Below, piece after piece: positions 41,092-55,600 of a stretch of 64,000 bases of DNA. The notes beneath the pieces were generated by a model, which made no database searches, was not told the DNA's origin, and was given only the letters and a program-made list of their open reading frames with translations. The position numbers were made by a program, and so were the translations under genes. The DNA is taken from positions 40,713 through 104,712 of the forward strand of contig JAAOMT010000381.1 in assembly GCA_016748015.1 (NCBI GenBank), written 5' to 3'. This stretch comes from Geosiphon pyriformis uo1. Its lineage: Eukaryota; Fungi; Glomeromycota. Position 1 is the stretch's first letter. Each line of letters begins with the position of its first letter.

Positions 41092-43237
41092 TATATATAG
41101 TAAGAGTATTAAAAGTAGAAAAAACAGAATTAATACCAATAATCAGCTAGAATCTATTAATTATCCAATACTTTTCTCTTTAAAAAGTTGTTTTTTACAA
41201 CTTAAAGTAAAATCAAATCACATATCAATAAAATATCAATTATCATCTGAATTCATATTATTATTACTTGATTAAAAAATATTAATCATTTCTATTTTAT
41301 CAATATTTCATATTAATAAAATTTAATACTTAATCACACTAAACCAATAACTCTTAATTATGGCTATTAATAAGATATTAATTTCTTAATTTTCTTTTAT
41401 ATATTTTTTGTTTTTGTTATTTATTATTTAATTAAAAAGATTAAGCATTAAGTATTTAACATCAAAAATAGTTTAGTAAAAGGCCCAGAAATAAAGATAA
41501 AAATTTAAGGATAGCTTACCAGAAGGACACAACTGCCAAATTAAATCAGCTACCATGCTGAAAAAAAAATTCACAAAAAAAACCATCAATTAAATCACTA
41601 TTTATTATACAAAGAACTTAACCAAAATCTTCAAACTTCAAAATTTTCAAATATTATTAATATTATCAAGCTATTAAATACCAAGTTACAAGTTTGTTAT
41701 TTGTAATAATACCCCAAATAATTATCTGTAATATTTAGTGCTTCCTGTAAAATATAATTCAACAGAGAATTAGCACTAACATTAATTATTTAAAAAAGTG
41801 GCAGACCAAAAAATTATAGAAAAAAATCATTTAAAATTTGCAAAATTCTTATTTTAATACTATTAAAGTTATCTTAGATTGACAAATAACAATTGGTTAG
41901 CAAAATCCATTTTCAATTTTTACATCAACAAAAAATTAAATCTTACTTAGAAAACCAAAAAAATTCAGAAGCTGTTTTTAACATTTTTTATAATAAATTA
42001 TCCCAAAGCATTACCCTTCTAACAAACTATTTGTTTGCCTTAATAATTATGGAAATAAACAAAAAAATTAAAAATTACACTTAACAGAAATTTCTTATTA
42101 TTTTTGCAGATAAAAAAAATTTACAAACTTTAGCAAAAACACCAAAAAAAATACAATCATCTAATTGGAAAAAACCAAGAATTATTCTACCTATTCACTT
42201 ATTATACTATTATATATCAGAAAATACCATTCACATACTATTAAGATCCATAATACTATTAATTGTAAAAACATCATTACTTAGAGTATCATTCCAAAAT
42301 AATTAAAAAAAGCCAAATTATTAAAAACATATGACAATTTCTTTAAAAAATTCAAATTGTAATTAACAATATTATTAAAACTTTGATCACTACCACTTTA
42401 ACCAAATTTCGAATCTACCAGTCATTAGAAAAATACTAATTCAGAAAAAGAAAAAAACAGCAATTAGGAAAATAATAACTAAAATCTGATCCCAAATAAC
42501 TTAAAAATACAAACTCTAATTATTCAAATTCCACAAAACCCAAACAATCCAAACTCTGTTTTTATTATTTAACAAGACTTATTTTTAATAATTATAATTA
42601 ATCCACCAGTTGCACTAATTGCCCCACTATAACAACAACAAATAGTATATATACTTATTACTAAATTCAAGAAATTCACTGGCAAAAAAGACAATATCCA
42701 AGCATAGTTGAATAATATTACCAAAGCAATTACAGCCAACAACTGAAATAATGCCAGAGCTTTTCAAGCTATTCCTTATTTTTTATAGAATACTACTAAT
42801 TTATAGTATCAAAACTTAATCAACAAGCCACAAACTTTTAATGTGTTTAAAACCATATTTTTGCAATATTTTAGTGATCACTACAGCATTAATTGTTTGT
42901 TAACAAGCTTTATTATTATTAAACAAAACAATATAGAAGCAATCACTACTTACTTAGAACACTTCCACAGAAATTTGTGTTAAATACAGACAATACAAAC
43001 TGACTACTTTATGAAAAATTAACAATTCTTAATATGAAAAAATAAAAAACAAAATTGAACAAACAATATTAAAAAAAAAAGTAATGAACTTAATCCAAAA
43101 TGAAGATTTTGATAGAACTTAATATTAAAAGAGGAGATAATGTTACTTATAGAAAAAGTACAAAAAAAAAGTACAAAAAACAGATAAAAAAAATAAACCA
43201 ATAAGAAAATAATACTTAGTAAATAAGCACAATATCA

Positions 43238-43357
43238 AAAATTATAACACATTGTTTAACAATATGTATATTGTTAATAAATTATAGCATACTGCTTAAC
43301 AATAAACATATTGTTAGTGAATTATGATATACTGTTCAACAATGAAAGCATTGTTAG
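43238..43357 (+). repeat. 40-bp tandem repeat with internal palindrome (AACAAT-N-ATTGTT) in lineage C LTRs
   Basis: Three units with exact 40-bp period here and at 39561-39680. Reverse copy at ~9150-9290. Confidence 0.8.
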
Positions 43358-46300
43358 AAAAAATAGGACACATTGCTTAAAAAAATATAAAATCTTATAT
43401 AACAAGAATTATGTATATATAGTGAGAGTATTAGAAGCAAAAAAGACAGAATTGATACTAATATTCAGCTAGAATCTATTAATTATCTAATATTTTTCTT
43501 TTTAAAAAGTAGTTTTTTACAACTTAAAGTAGAATTAAATTACATATTAATAAAATATCAATTATCACTTAAATTTATATTATTAATCACTTTTATTCTA
43601 TTAACACTTCATGTTAATAAAATCCAACATTTAACTATACTGAACCAATAGTTTTTAATTATAGCTATTAATAAGATACTAATTTTTTATTTTCTTTTTT
43701 GTTTTTTATTGTTTACTAATTAATTAAAGAAATTAAGCATTGAGTATTTGACATTAAGAATAGCCTAATAAAAAACCTGGATAGCTTACCAAAAGAATAT
43801 AACTGCCAGATTAAACTGGTCATTACATTAAAAAAAAATTCATGGAAAAACTATTAATTAAATCTCTGTTTATTATACAAAAAACTTAACCAAAATTTTT
43901 AGATATTATTAACATCACCAAGCTATTAAGTATCAAGTTACAGGTTTGTTATTTGTACTAATATCTCAAATAATTATCTGTAACATTGCTAATAGTTTTT
44001 TTTTCAGAAATTAAATAAATTATATGTGATAATAGATTGTAAATAAAGTTACAATTATAACAGTTCTCAAAGTCACTGGAAATTAAACAATATTTACAGA
44101 GTCTAGTTTTTAATTGCTCTAAATACTGTTCTTGTTTTTCTTAAGTAAGTGTCAATTCTTGGTAATATTTATAGAATTGTTCTGAATTATTTAGAATATT
44201 AACAAAGATATTTAAATTTGAAATAAAAACAGTTTCAATAAATTCTAGTAGATTATTTTTATTTTCTAGATTTTACTTGGTAATATGTTTTTGACTTTAG
44301 TAATTGCTATTCTTTAGATCTTGTTTTTATTATATGAATAACTAATTAAGCATAAAAAAATTTGTACTATACAGCATTTATAAATGTTTTTTTGTTTATC
44401 TAATCATTAATGAAAATTATATATTAACATAATTTGTTATATATATTTTTTTATCTAAAAATATTGTTTTATATTCTTTTATTTGAAAAAATTCTGTTAA
44501 AAATTAAGCAAAATTTATTGTCTTACTTTTTTTGTTATTTTGGTTATTCAAAACATTTTTAGTAACAAATTTTACAATAGTAACAAATATACATTTTGTA
44601 TTTTTCTTTTAGTAAAATATAAGCTTTTATGAATAAAAGCTTTTTATTGTAATTTTTGTATTTAAATAGAATATAGAGTGGTTGTTTTCTTGGTTTTAGT
44701 GTCAAGTATAGAACATATTAATTGTTGACTGGTTTGTTTATAGAAATAGTGACTTGAAATTTATTTTTTCTTTTATTTTTTTCTTTTTTTTTAATGTAAA
44801 TACTGGTAACAACTTATTATATTTTTTTTTAGCCCATAATATTGAATAAATTTTTCAAGTAGGTTTTTTTTTTTTTTCTCTAATTTAATCATGATTGCTC
44901 TTTTAAACTAGTCTTAAAATGATTATAAATAACTGAAACTTAAATGTTCTGATTTTTTTAACTAAATTATATCTTTTAAATATTCTAATTAAAAATAGCA
45001 TTGGTTTTGAATAGCCAGTTATTGTTAACAACAACTTAGTATTACGGCTTTTATTATCAAAACTTGAATTGGCATAATAATATTATTGATTTTAAACAGA
45101 AAGTCATCAATTTTATCAATAAAAATTTTGGTTATTTTATTAGCAGTAATAATTTTGATATTGGCAGCTTTATCAACTTAGTAATTTAATTAGTTCATAA
45201 GTTGTTATGTATTAATGTTGTTTGTTAAACCACTATTAAGAATTAGCTTGATAAAATAACTATTAATCTTAGCATCAGTATACATAACAGTAATTAGCTT
45301 AGTATTAAGTACAACTTTACTAAATAATAAAGTTTTTATTGAGTTTTTAAGTTTAAAAAAAAATTAATGACTAATAATTTGTTTTCTATTATTATAACTG
45401 GTAAAATATTGTAAATAAGTGGTTTTTGGATTTTTAAGTTATTAGTAAGGTGTTTTTTGGGATTGCCAAGAAACTTAAATAGCTTTGGAAATTCAGGTTT
45501 TGAGTATATCTATTTTTCAAATTTTACTAATATAATCCTAAGTATTGGTTTAATATATTGAAAATTGCTTAATACATAATTATTATTTATCTTTAGTTTT
45601 GTCGTATGTACATAATTCATAGTTTTTGGCTTCTAGCTGAAATTTGAGCTAAATTTTGTGATAGTATTTAAATTAGTTGGAAGTTGATACATTATTTATG
45701 GTTATAGTAATTAATAAATAGAAGATATATATATTAGCTGTATTATTTAAAAATAATAGAACTAATATTAATAATGATTTAAAAATAAATTGTTAATATA
45801 ATTTAAGATTTGAAATCTACAATTAAGGTTTTTATATTAATTTTTAAATTGTAAATTATTTAATTTAATTTAGCAATCTATTTTTAAATATCTTTGTTTA
45901 CTACAATAATAACAATTACACATTTTTTGTTGTCATAATTAATTTGTTAATAATAATATTAAACATAACTAATTTTAACACCAATTTGATTTTTTTTAAT
46001 TATTGTAACATTAAAAAAATTGATAAATTACTAAGTTGTTAGTTAAATATTATTTAATTTTTTGATTAATTGTTTTACCAAATTGCTTTAATTTGATATT
46101 TAATTTATATAATTTATTTATTATTAAGTTTATAGCTTAAGCATAATTAGTTTCAAGCTTGGCTGATTTAAAATTTTTGGCATAGATAACTGTATCTTGA
46201 AGAATATTTGAATGTAATAAATGTACTTATTGCAACAAACTGCTGTACAATCTGTAAATAAATTAATTCGAAATTTATGATATTGTAAAATAATTGGCAT

Positions 46301-49300
46301 CAATAACTTGTATTTGGCACAGATTTTAATAGAAGCATTTTAAATATATGGTAACTGCTTTAGTATTACTTTGCTTAATAATAGTAAACTTTATTAATAA
46401 ATAGTTAATACTATTATAATTGCTGAAATATTGCAAAAAGTTTTGTTTAAATGTGTTAAAAGTTTGAGACTTATTAACTAAACTTTAATATCATAAATTA
46501 GCAGTATTTTAAAGAAAGTATAGAATAGTTTAAAGTGCTCTGGTGTTATTCTAGTCATTGGTTGTAATGGCTTTTATAATATTATTTAATCAAACTTAAA
46601 TATTGTCTTCTTTGTCAGTAAATTTTTTTAATTTAATAATTAATACATATACTATTAATACAAATAGTTGTAGTTATAATTGTAGTTATTGAGAAATAAC
46701 TATTGGTACAATTGGAAAATTAATTCAAATAACTGGAGGTAAGTTGTTATTAATAATAAAAGCAGAATTTAGATTGTTTAGATTTGTCTGAATTTGGATT
46801 TTTAGTTTATTTGAAATTGGGTTTTGTCTATTATTTTTCTGATTACTATTTTTTTTTGTTCAAAATTAGTGTCTGCCTAATTGCTAATGAATCTGAAATT
46901 AAGTTAAGATAACAGTAATCAAAATCTTGATAGTATTGTTGGTTGTGATTTAAATTTTTTAAAATAATTGTTATAGGTTTTTAACAGTTTAAATTTCTTT
47001 TAATTGTTTTAAAATAAAACTTTTATAACAGTTAGTTTTGCTGTTAATAATAATACAAATTTTAATAGTATGTTAATAATACTTTTTAGTATATAATAAT
47101 ATAATAGATATAATAAAAAAACAACTTTGGGTTTCTTTTAGTTAGATGTTTATATTAATTTAAGTGTATTTACTGATATTTGTATTCTGTTTTTGCCTTT
47201 GTTTGCAAATATAATTGGAAACTTTTGCTAAATATACCTTTTAATTTCACAATTTATTTTAATAATAATTAGAACAAAATTGTAATTCTATAGTAAACTG
47301 GTGTGTTGAAATAATTTATTGTAAAAATTTCTTTTTGTTAATTTAAAATTTGTTTGTTTTCTTAAAAAATATATAATTTTTTTATTAATATAAAAATTAA
47401 AAACTGATTTTGTTAAAAAATAATTACTGGTTAATTCTAACTGTTGTTGATATTATTGAAATAAAAATTTTGCAAATTTCAAGTAATTTGTTTCATTAAC
47501 TTTTAAGTTTACTACTTTTCTAAATAATTAATAATAATGCTTTATTTTTTACTAGATTATATCTTATAGAAAACACCAAATATTACAAATAATTATTTAG
47601 AGTATTAAAACAAATAACAAACTTATAATTTGGTGCTCAATGGTTAATAATATTGTAAATAAGTACTAAAAATTTTCGAATCTGAAAATTTTGGTTAAGT
47701 TTTTTGTATAATATACAGAAATTTTTTTTTTAGCATAAAAACTAGTTTAATTTAACAGTTGTGCTCTTTTAATAAACTATTCTTAAGTTTTTATCTTTGT
47801 TTTACAGATTTTTTACCAGACTATTTTTGATGTCAATATTTTAATACTTAATTTCATTAATCAATTAGTACATAACACAAAACAAAACAAAATATAAAAA
47901 ATATAAAAAAATATTTAAAAAAATAAAAAGTTTGTATTTTATCAATAACTATAATTAAGAATTATTAATTCAATATAGTTAAATGGTAGATGTTATTAGT
48001 ATAAATTGTTAATGAAATTGAGAAATAACAATTTTAATCTAATAAAAAAAATAAATTAAATTAAATAATAAAATAATAATTTTATTTGATATTTAAATGA
48101 TTTCACTTTAAGATATAGAAAATTATCTTTTAAAAAAAAAGTATATTATAAATATTTATTGTTAACTAACTAAAAATTTGTTTAAGTCTAAATATAAATG
48201 TTTTGAATCTAAATATATAAAATTGAATAGAAAAATAGAATACTTTTTTACTTCTGATATTATTGTTATATATATATAATTTCTGTTATATAAGATCTTA
48301 TATATTCTTATTTTTTTCTATATTAATTTCTAAACTGTGTTTATTTCTAAGCAATATGCCATAATTTTTTAAAAATATGCATATTCTTAAAAATGTGCTT
48401 ATATATTAAGTTCTATTTTTCTATTGGTTTATTCTTCTAATTTATTTTTCCTATTTTTTTGTCCTCTTTTTCTATGTATAATAATAACTATTAATAAATA
48501 AACATGAATTCAAATAATAAGAAAAAAATAGCATTCATAATAAGAGAAAATAACTTTGAATTTGAAATAATACTATTTGATTTAACTAATATATTTGCTA
48601 TATTTTAATAGTTAATAAAAATTATTTATCCTAATATATTATAAAAATTAATAATTGTTTATTTGAATGATATTAATGTATTTTTAAAAACATTTAATAA
48701 ATATTTACACTATTTATAACAAGTGTTTAAAAAATTAAATTACACTGAATTAAAATTAAATACCAATAAATGTTTTTTTTAAAAAATAAAATTCAAGTTT
48801 TTAGGATATGTAGTTAAAAAAAAGCATTAAAACAAATTCAGATAAAATTAAAAAAGTAAAAAACTTTCTAAAACCAAGAAATTTAACTGAACTTTAAAAC
48901 TTTTTGGAATTAGCTGAATATTATTAATAATTTATACAAAATTTTTTAGCAATTACACAATTACTCTATTAATTTCAGGCCAAGAATACTTAATATAAAT
49001 AAATAAATATATAGCAGTAAGCTTTTAAGATATTAAAATAAAAACTTATATAAGCTCTAATTTTAATATATTTAAATCATAATAAAAAATTTATGTTTGT
49101 ATTAATGTTTTTGAATTAACATTAAAAATAGTATTATTACAAAGAAAATTCAATGAAAAAAACATCTAATAGCATATACTAATAAAAATTTAAGTTCAAT
49201 AAAAAAAAACTATAAAATTTTAATATTAGAATATCTAATAATATATTGAACTGTAATTAAATAAAAAAAATATCTACACTAAAAGTTTAATATTTATATC

Positions 49301-52300
49301 AATCATAAAAAATTAATATTACTAACCAAAAAAAAATTAGTTAATAATAGAATTATTAAATAGAAAACTGTACTTTTATTTTTTAAATATAAAATACATT
49401 ATAAAAAAAAAATAGAAATATTAATAGCTTGTTATGAATAAAACAACTATAAGCAAAAAAACCAACAAAATTTAAACAATCTTAAGAATAATAAAAAAAC
49501 AAGAAAGAAAAACAATATTATTTAATATATATTTAGACTCAATAGCAGAATATTTTAATTAAGAATTAATACTAAAAAAAGCTAAGCAGTTATACTATTA
49601 ATTAATATATTTAAACATAAAAAATATAAACAAAGTTATAATATTTGTCAAAGAAAAAAAATAATAAAATCAAGCAAACTATTAAGACCAATTAAAATTA
49701 AACAACTATTTAATAAGATTAAAATCAACTTAATAAAATATTATCAATAACAATTAAAAACAACTAAAATATTGTTGTTATTATAAATTATTTTATCAAA
49801 TAATTAGAAACTAGAATTATATAAAAAGCTAATGCAGAATTAATAGTTAAATTTGTTTATTAAAACTTAAAATATTAATATAAATGTCCAAAAAAACTAT
49901 TATTAAATCAAGAAACTTATTTTGTAAACAGAATATTGACAGAATTAAGCCAAAGATTTAGAGTTAAAAAACTATTGCTATTATTATATTATTTACAGAC
50001 AAATGACTTAATTAAAAAACTTAATAAAAAACTATATAAAACACTAACCAAAATTAGTTAAAAAAACCAAGAAAAATAAAACATATTTATATTATCAATA
50101 CTATTTGTTTATTAGATAATAAAGCAAAATACTGTTTAAATAATACTATTTGAACTAATATATAACAGAAAAAAATATTGCCAATAGAAAAAAAAATTGT
50201 AATATATCTAACAAAACCAATAACAAAAAACATATTTTGGACAATATTGTTAAAACAAACATATAACTTAATAAAAATCTTAAAAAACAAAAGAAAAATA
50301 GCAGCTTACTGTATTAAAAAGTTACAAAAAAAACAAAAAAAAAGACATAATAATTAATTGTTAAACAAATTAGCTAAATTCAAAATTAAGAACAAAATAC
50401 TTTTATATTGTTATGGTTAAAACTTATACTTCTTATTAATTATCACATGTATTAGCCACTAATGTCATATAAATTAGCCATTCTATTTTTAGATAGTAAT
50501 CATTGACTTAGTTATTGACTTGATTATTGACCACTTTTGACACCTATATAAGCAATAAATTTCTTAACTGTAGAAAAGCATGTTCAAAATAATCAAAAAT
50601 AAATAAAATAACAACTTTCATTTCAATTATTCTTTTATTGTTAATTTCCCTTTTCCTACCTTCAAATATTCAAACATCTTGGGATAAAAAATTACTTGTT
50701 GGTTAATTCTTACCCTTTTCCTGAAACGTATAAGTATAGCATTTGAAGATTATTAAATAAAACATGACTAAAGAGCACATTTGATACTTAATATTGAATT
50801 CTAAGAGCACCAACATGAAGCATAGAATTATACTAAGTGTAATCATTTATTAATAGTACAAACTATCTTTCTATCTTCAGATTCCCCAGTTATCTTTGAA
50901 AAGAATAGTAACTGAGATATTTTATAAAACTAATCTCACACATTGAATTTATACTTATTTAATTTGCTCTTTGAAGTTGAATTTTCTTTGATTATTTCCA
51001 TTACTCTACAATCCTGTTTTCCCTTGCTATTTGTTAACTTGTTACTTCAACCCATAACATAAAAGTAGTGTTTCTTGTAAGGTTGTCAAAATTCACCTTG
51101 TTTCTTATTGTATGGGTGATTATTTATACCTGCTACAATCAAAAGAATACTTTAAAGCACACAACAAAAACAATCTAGACTTTATTGAACTCAATCCTTT
51201 GCCCTCTTGCTTGATTTGCTTCTCTATTGAAGATCAATCTAGTAAACAATTCCAAGATTTTTGGAACTGGTTCCTGAATGAGCATTCAGCTAAAACTTAC
51301 ACAGCCTATACAACTTATTACTTTGATCAAGCTTATTTTGAAGACAATTTTAAAAAAAAAAACAACAGCATCAATCAACTTTTATACTCTACAACTTTTG
51401 AACAACAGCTTCCTGATTCCGAATATCTAAATCATCAAATCCACATTTGGATTGCTGCCCATTAAGCAATTGAAACTCTTTTTAAAACAGAAAAAAAAAG
51501 CTACCAAACTGCCTCTGTTTTTGACCTTTTATCAAGTAAATTAGACTCATTTACACAAACAGTTATCCCTGAACCAATGGCTAATGACCCCATGCAAGCA
51601 AACATTTTGGCCACCCTCCAAGGTATACAAACTGCTCTAGAAAGAAGAAACAATACTTTACTACTACTATTTAGAGGTGATACACAAGATCCAATTGAAT
51701 GGTTGGATGATTTTGAGAGAGCTACTACAGCCAACTAATATGATGAAAAATACAAGTTCCAAATTGTTGGTGGCTATTTCCAAGACTTTTCTGCTATCTG
51801 GTTCTCACAAAAAACAGATGCCAATGCTTAACACCAAATAATTAGATGAACACCAACCAATGCTAGAGAAGAAAATACCTCTTTTACTACTTGGTTTAAG
51901 ACCAAGTTAAGAATTCCAATATTAATATCCAAATGGCATATGGAATTGGAAAAAAGAACCCAAGGTCCTGAAAAAGTAGTGACTGAATATGCCAAAGCTA
52001 TCAGAAAGCTAATCAAATATATAGACTCTGGGAGAAACTGGACAGAAAAGCAAAAGATTTATTCCTTCATAAAAGGATTAAGAACTGATCATATGCTTTT
52101 TGGCCTCTCTTGGCTTTAAAAGACAACTTAACAATAGACATAGCTATTGAACTGGCACAAAGAATTGAAGATAACCAAAGAATGTATTTGGGATTCACAC
52201 TTCCAGTTTTTGCTTCTGCTCTTGCCATGGCTCTAGCTCCATAAATGGCTGCTGTCTCTTTTGCTGCCCAAACTCAAAACCCAAATGAATAGTTAATAGA

Positions 52301-52645
52301 TAGACTCATAGCTAATCTTGTCCAGTTACTAGAACCCTTAGCCCAAGCTGTCAGAGAAAATCAACAACCCTAAAAACCCAAATTTGAACCCTGTTTTAAT
52401 CAACTCCAGCAACTTCTATATCAAAGACAACAAAATTGTGGCCCATCTGTGTGTTACCACTGTGGATTAACTGAATATTTCTCCAGAGATTGTAACAATC
52501 TTCTCTTGCCTCCTCTAGCTCCTAAAAACAATAACAATCAAAACAACAAAACCATCAACAACAATGTCCCCAATCAAAAACCCAATCATGCTAACATCAA
52601 TTTTTTTGGAGAGAATCCCTTAGTTGAAGCCACTGTTTATCAATC

Positions 52646-52690
52646 TTTAAACTGATAAGCTCCAAAGGGTGAAAGTGCAAGCCAACCAGA
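52646..52690 (+). promoter_or_regulatory. Putative -1 programmed ribosomal frameshift signal at the gag/pol junction (T TTA AAC then stop, plus downstream stem-loop)
   Basis: In-phase TTTAAAC immediately precedes the gag stop in both lineage B copies (52646-52652; minus copy 28128-28134). In the minus copy the -1 frame reads through into pol. Confidence 0.7.
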
Positions 52691-55600
52691 AGAAAACTTC
52701 TTTTACATTTTTAACCTAACAGATAATGACCATGATATAGATAAACTGACAATTAACACCTCTGACTTAACAAGAAAGAAAAAGAAAGCCAAGGTTGATT
52801 TCATTCTAAATTCCAACAAAGTCTCAACTTCTACTGCTGACAACAATAAGCTACCAAAGACTAAAGTTTTTAAAAATCCTCCAAAGTTGGAATCTCCAGA
52901 AATAGTACAAAAATCTGGCCTCTATTCTGTTGTCAAAGATCTCATGGAAATCCCAGCACACATTACATTTGGCCAACTAATAACCCATCTACAGTTCAGA
53001 AAAAATCTTTACAAGTTCTTAATACCAAAGAAAAAAACACCAAAAACCAACAAGCACTCTTGTTAAGCTGGACTTGCTAACAACAGCAATGTCACCTCTC
53101 TGATTTGTAAAGTCCAAGTGGCTGGCTACTTCATTGATTTGATCTTAGACGATAAATTATCTGTCAGTGTAATTGCCAAACACTTTCTGGAAGTCATTGG
53201 AAGAAAAATTAATGAACCTTTTACCCAGTCTATGACCAATGTACATAGTAACAAAAAGAAAGATCTAGGTATAGCCAAAGCTGTTTCTGTTTGCATCAAT
53301 AGTATTAGCATTAAAACAGATATGGAAGTATCTAAAGCAAAAAAATATACCATCATTGTTGGTAATGAATGGCTTAAGAAAGCCAAAGCACTACTTAACT
53401 ATGAACTGTATAAACTGATGTGGTAAAAAACCCATTGTGGTTAAATGCTGTCATTAGACAACTCCTCTAGCAACCAAACAGAACTAAGAAGAAGAACAAT
53501 CAAATGAATCAGATAATGATGAGAGTGATGATAAAGATCAAAAAGAACCAAAAGAAACTGCTGAACTTGCCTATACTATCTTCACCAGCAATAACAAGCC
53601 ACTGGACAATGTTAAAGTTAACAAAAAAAAATCATGGTAAATGGCAAGCTAATCTGCTGGCCCTATTATGATATCCTTAGAAGAACTTTTAATAAAAAAC
53701 CTAGCAAGAAAGCCAAATACAGTTATTAGTGACATGGCCTTTGTGCATGATACTGGTATAATAAATCTTTGTATTTACCAAGTAATGAATGCAAATTCTG
53801 CCTGATCTATTACAAAGATTGGGAATCAATTAGCTTGATACCTCAAGAAGAACTTAAAGAAGTACAAAAGTCTTTTGAGAATAAACTACCTAAAATTCAA
53901 TTACTAGTTATAGAACAAAGAGAACCTTCTCTTAAAGAAAAAAAGTGGATATTGAAAATCTGTTAGCCAGAAATAGTTCAGTTATCTTAAAAAAAAGTGA
54001 TACCCCTAGACAAACCCATGTGATACAACACACCATTACTACAAAAAAATTCATCCCATCCATTTGAAGCCTTATCAATCCAATCAATGTAATGATAAGT
54101 TTATCAAGAAAGAAATAAACCAGATGAAAGATCTTGGATTCATACAAAAAACCAAGAGTAAATGGGCTTTTCCAGTTGTAGTGGTATTTAAGAAAGATAG
54201 AACTCTACACTTCTGTGTTGACTACTGCCAATTAAATGCCATCACTGTAAGAGACATGTACTCATTTCCCAAAATTGATGCAATGCTAGATAAATTCAAT
54301 AGTGCTGCTTTCTTTTCAATTATTGATTTAACTGCTGGATTTTGGCAAGTAGAAATAGATCCAGAAAGCAAAAAGAAAACTGCTTTCATCACCAAGTATG
54401 GCACCTATAAATTCACAGTTATGTCTTTTGGTCTCACCAATACTCCTCTCATCTTTTAATGCCTAATGGATAAAGTGTTTGAATTAGTAAAAAAAAACTT
54501 TGTTCTGGTTTACTTGGATGACATAATGGTATATTCAAAAACCTGGGATGAACACCTTGAACATTTACAAAAGATTTTTGACCTGCTCAAAAATGCTGGC
54601 CTCAAGATCAACTTAATTAAATCTTTTTTTGGATGCCAATTCACCCAATTTCTTGGTCATCTTATTACAAAAAATAGAATCTTCCCTAATCCAACTAAAA
54701 TTGAAAAAGTTCAGAACATTAAACAACCAATAAATGTTCTTGAACTATGCTTTTTTCTTGGTTTGGCCTTTTACTATCACAAATTTATCAAGGATTTCTC
54801 CAAAATTGCTTTTTCTCTCAATCAGCTACTCAGAAAAAATGTCAATTATTACTGGGGCACTCATCAACAAAAAGCTTTTGAAATTCTAAAAAAAAAACTT
54901 GTTACTGAACTAATCTTCAAACAACCTGATTTGGACCAATTTTTTATCCTCCACACTAATGTATCTGGCTATGGACTTGGTGCTGTCCTTTCACAAAAAG
55001 ATGAAAATAGCAGAAAACATGCCATAGCATATGTCAGTAGATCTCTTACACCAGCAGAAAAAAACTATTCAGTTACTAAACAAAAATGTTTAGCAGTAGT
55101 TTAGATTATTAACTACTGGGATTAATATCTTCTTGGTGCAAAATTCTTGATAACAGATCATCAAGCCTTGGTTTGGCTGTGCAATAAAAAGAAGCTGGAA
55201 CATAAATGAATAACTTGCTAGATACTCCTTCATAAAACATAATAATAGACTTGGACAACTACTCTGCCTTAATGGAATTTTTGGGTAAAGGACAATACTC
55301 ACTAGAATACACTCAACAGTAAAGAGAACATTTGTGCAAACAATCAAATTTCTATTTGATCTGCCAAAACCAATTATATAAAAGAAACAGAAAAGATTTT
55401 AACCACTCCCAAAAAGTCATCAGATTTAAAGAAAGAGAAATTGTAATATATAACATGCACACTGACCCATTAGCTGAACACTTTGAAAAAACAAAAACAA
55501 TTCAGAAAACTTTAGCTTGCTACTATTGGTCTACCTTGGAAAAAGACATTGCTAAATACATTAAAATCTGTGACATCTGTCAGAGAAGAAGCAAACTCAA

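Larger units (their letters stand above)
39465..43985 (+). mobile_element. Internally deleted (non-autonomous) lineage C LTR element, TSD TTAT/TTGC; 5' LTR interrupted by Tc1
   Basis: 5' LTR 39465-41733 (minus the Tc1). PBS TTTAGTGCTTCCTGTAA. Partial gag (KFTGKKDNIQA*LNN...AIPYFL) to ~43010, fused directly to the last ~130 bp before the PPT AAAAGAGGAGA. 3' LTR 43141-43985. The host frame is continuous across the TSD. Confidence 0.88.
34310..48483 (-). mobile_element. Full-length heavily decayed Ty3/Gypsy element (lineage C-like, dUTPase-bearing), minus strand, TSD ATAG/ATAA
   Basis: LTRs at 47581-48483 (5') and 34310-35218 (3'). PBS TTTGGTGTTTTCTATAAG at 47563-47580. Gag ~45900-47560, protease ~44900-45330, dUTPase ~38875-39300, RT (ORF 37856-38062), integrase (ORF 36531-36713), ORF3 ~35230-35850. 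Confidence 0.88.

Noticed and set aside
52635-52667. GT...AG mini-intron joining gag to pol
   Set aside because: It is implausibly short, and the in-phase slippery heptamer followed by a stop explains the junction better.
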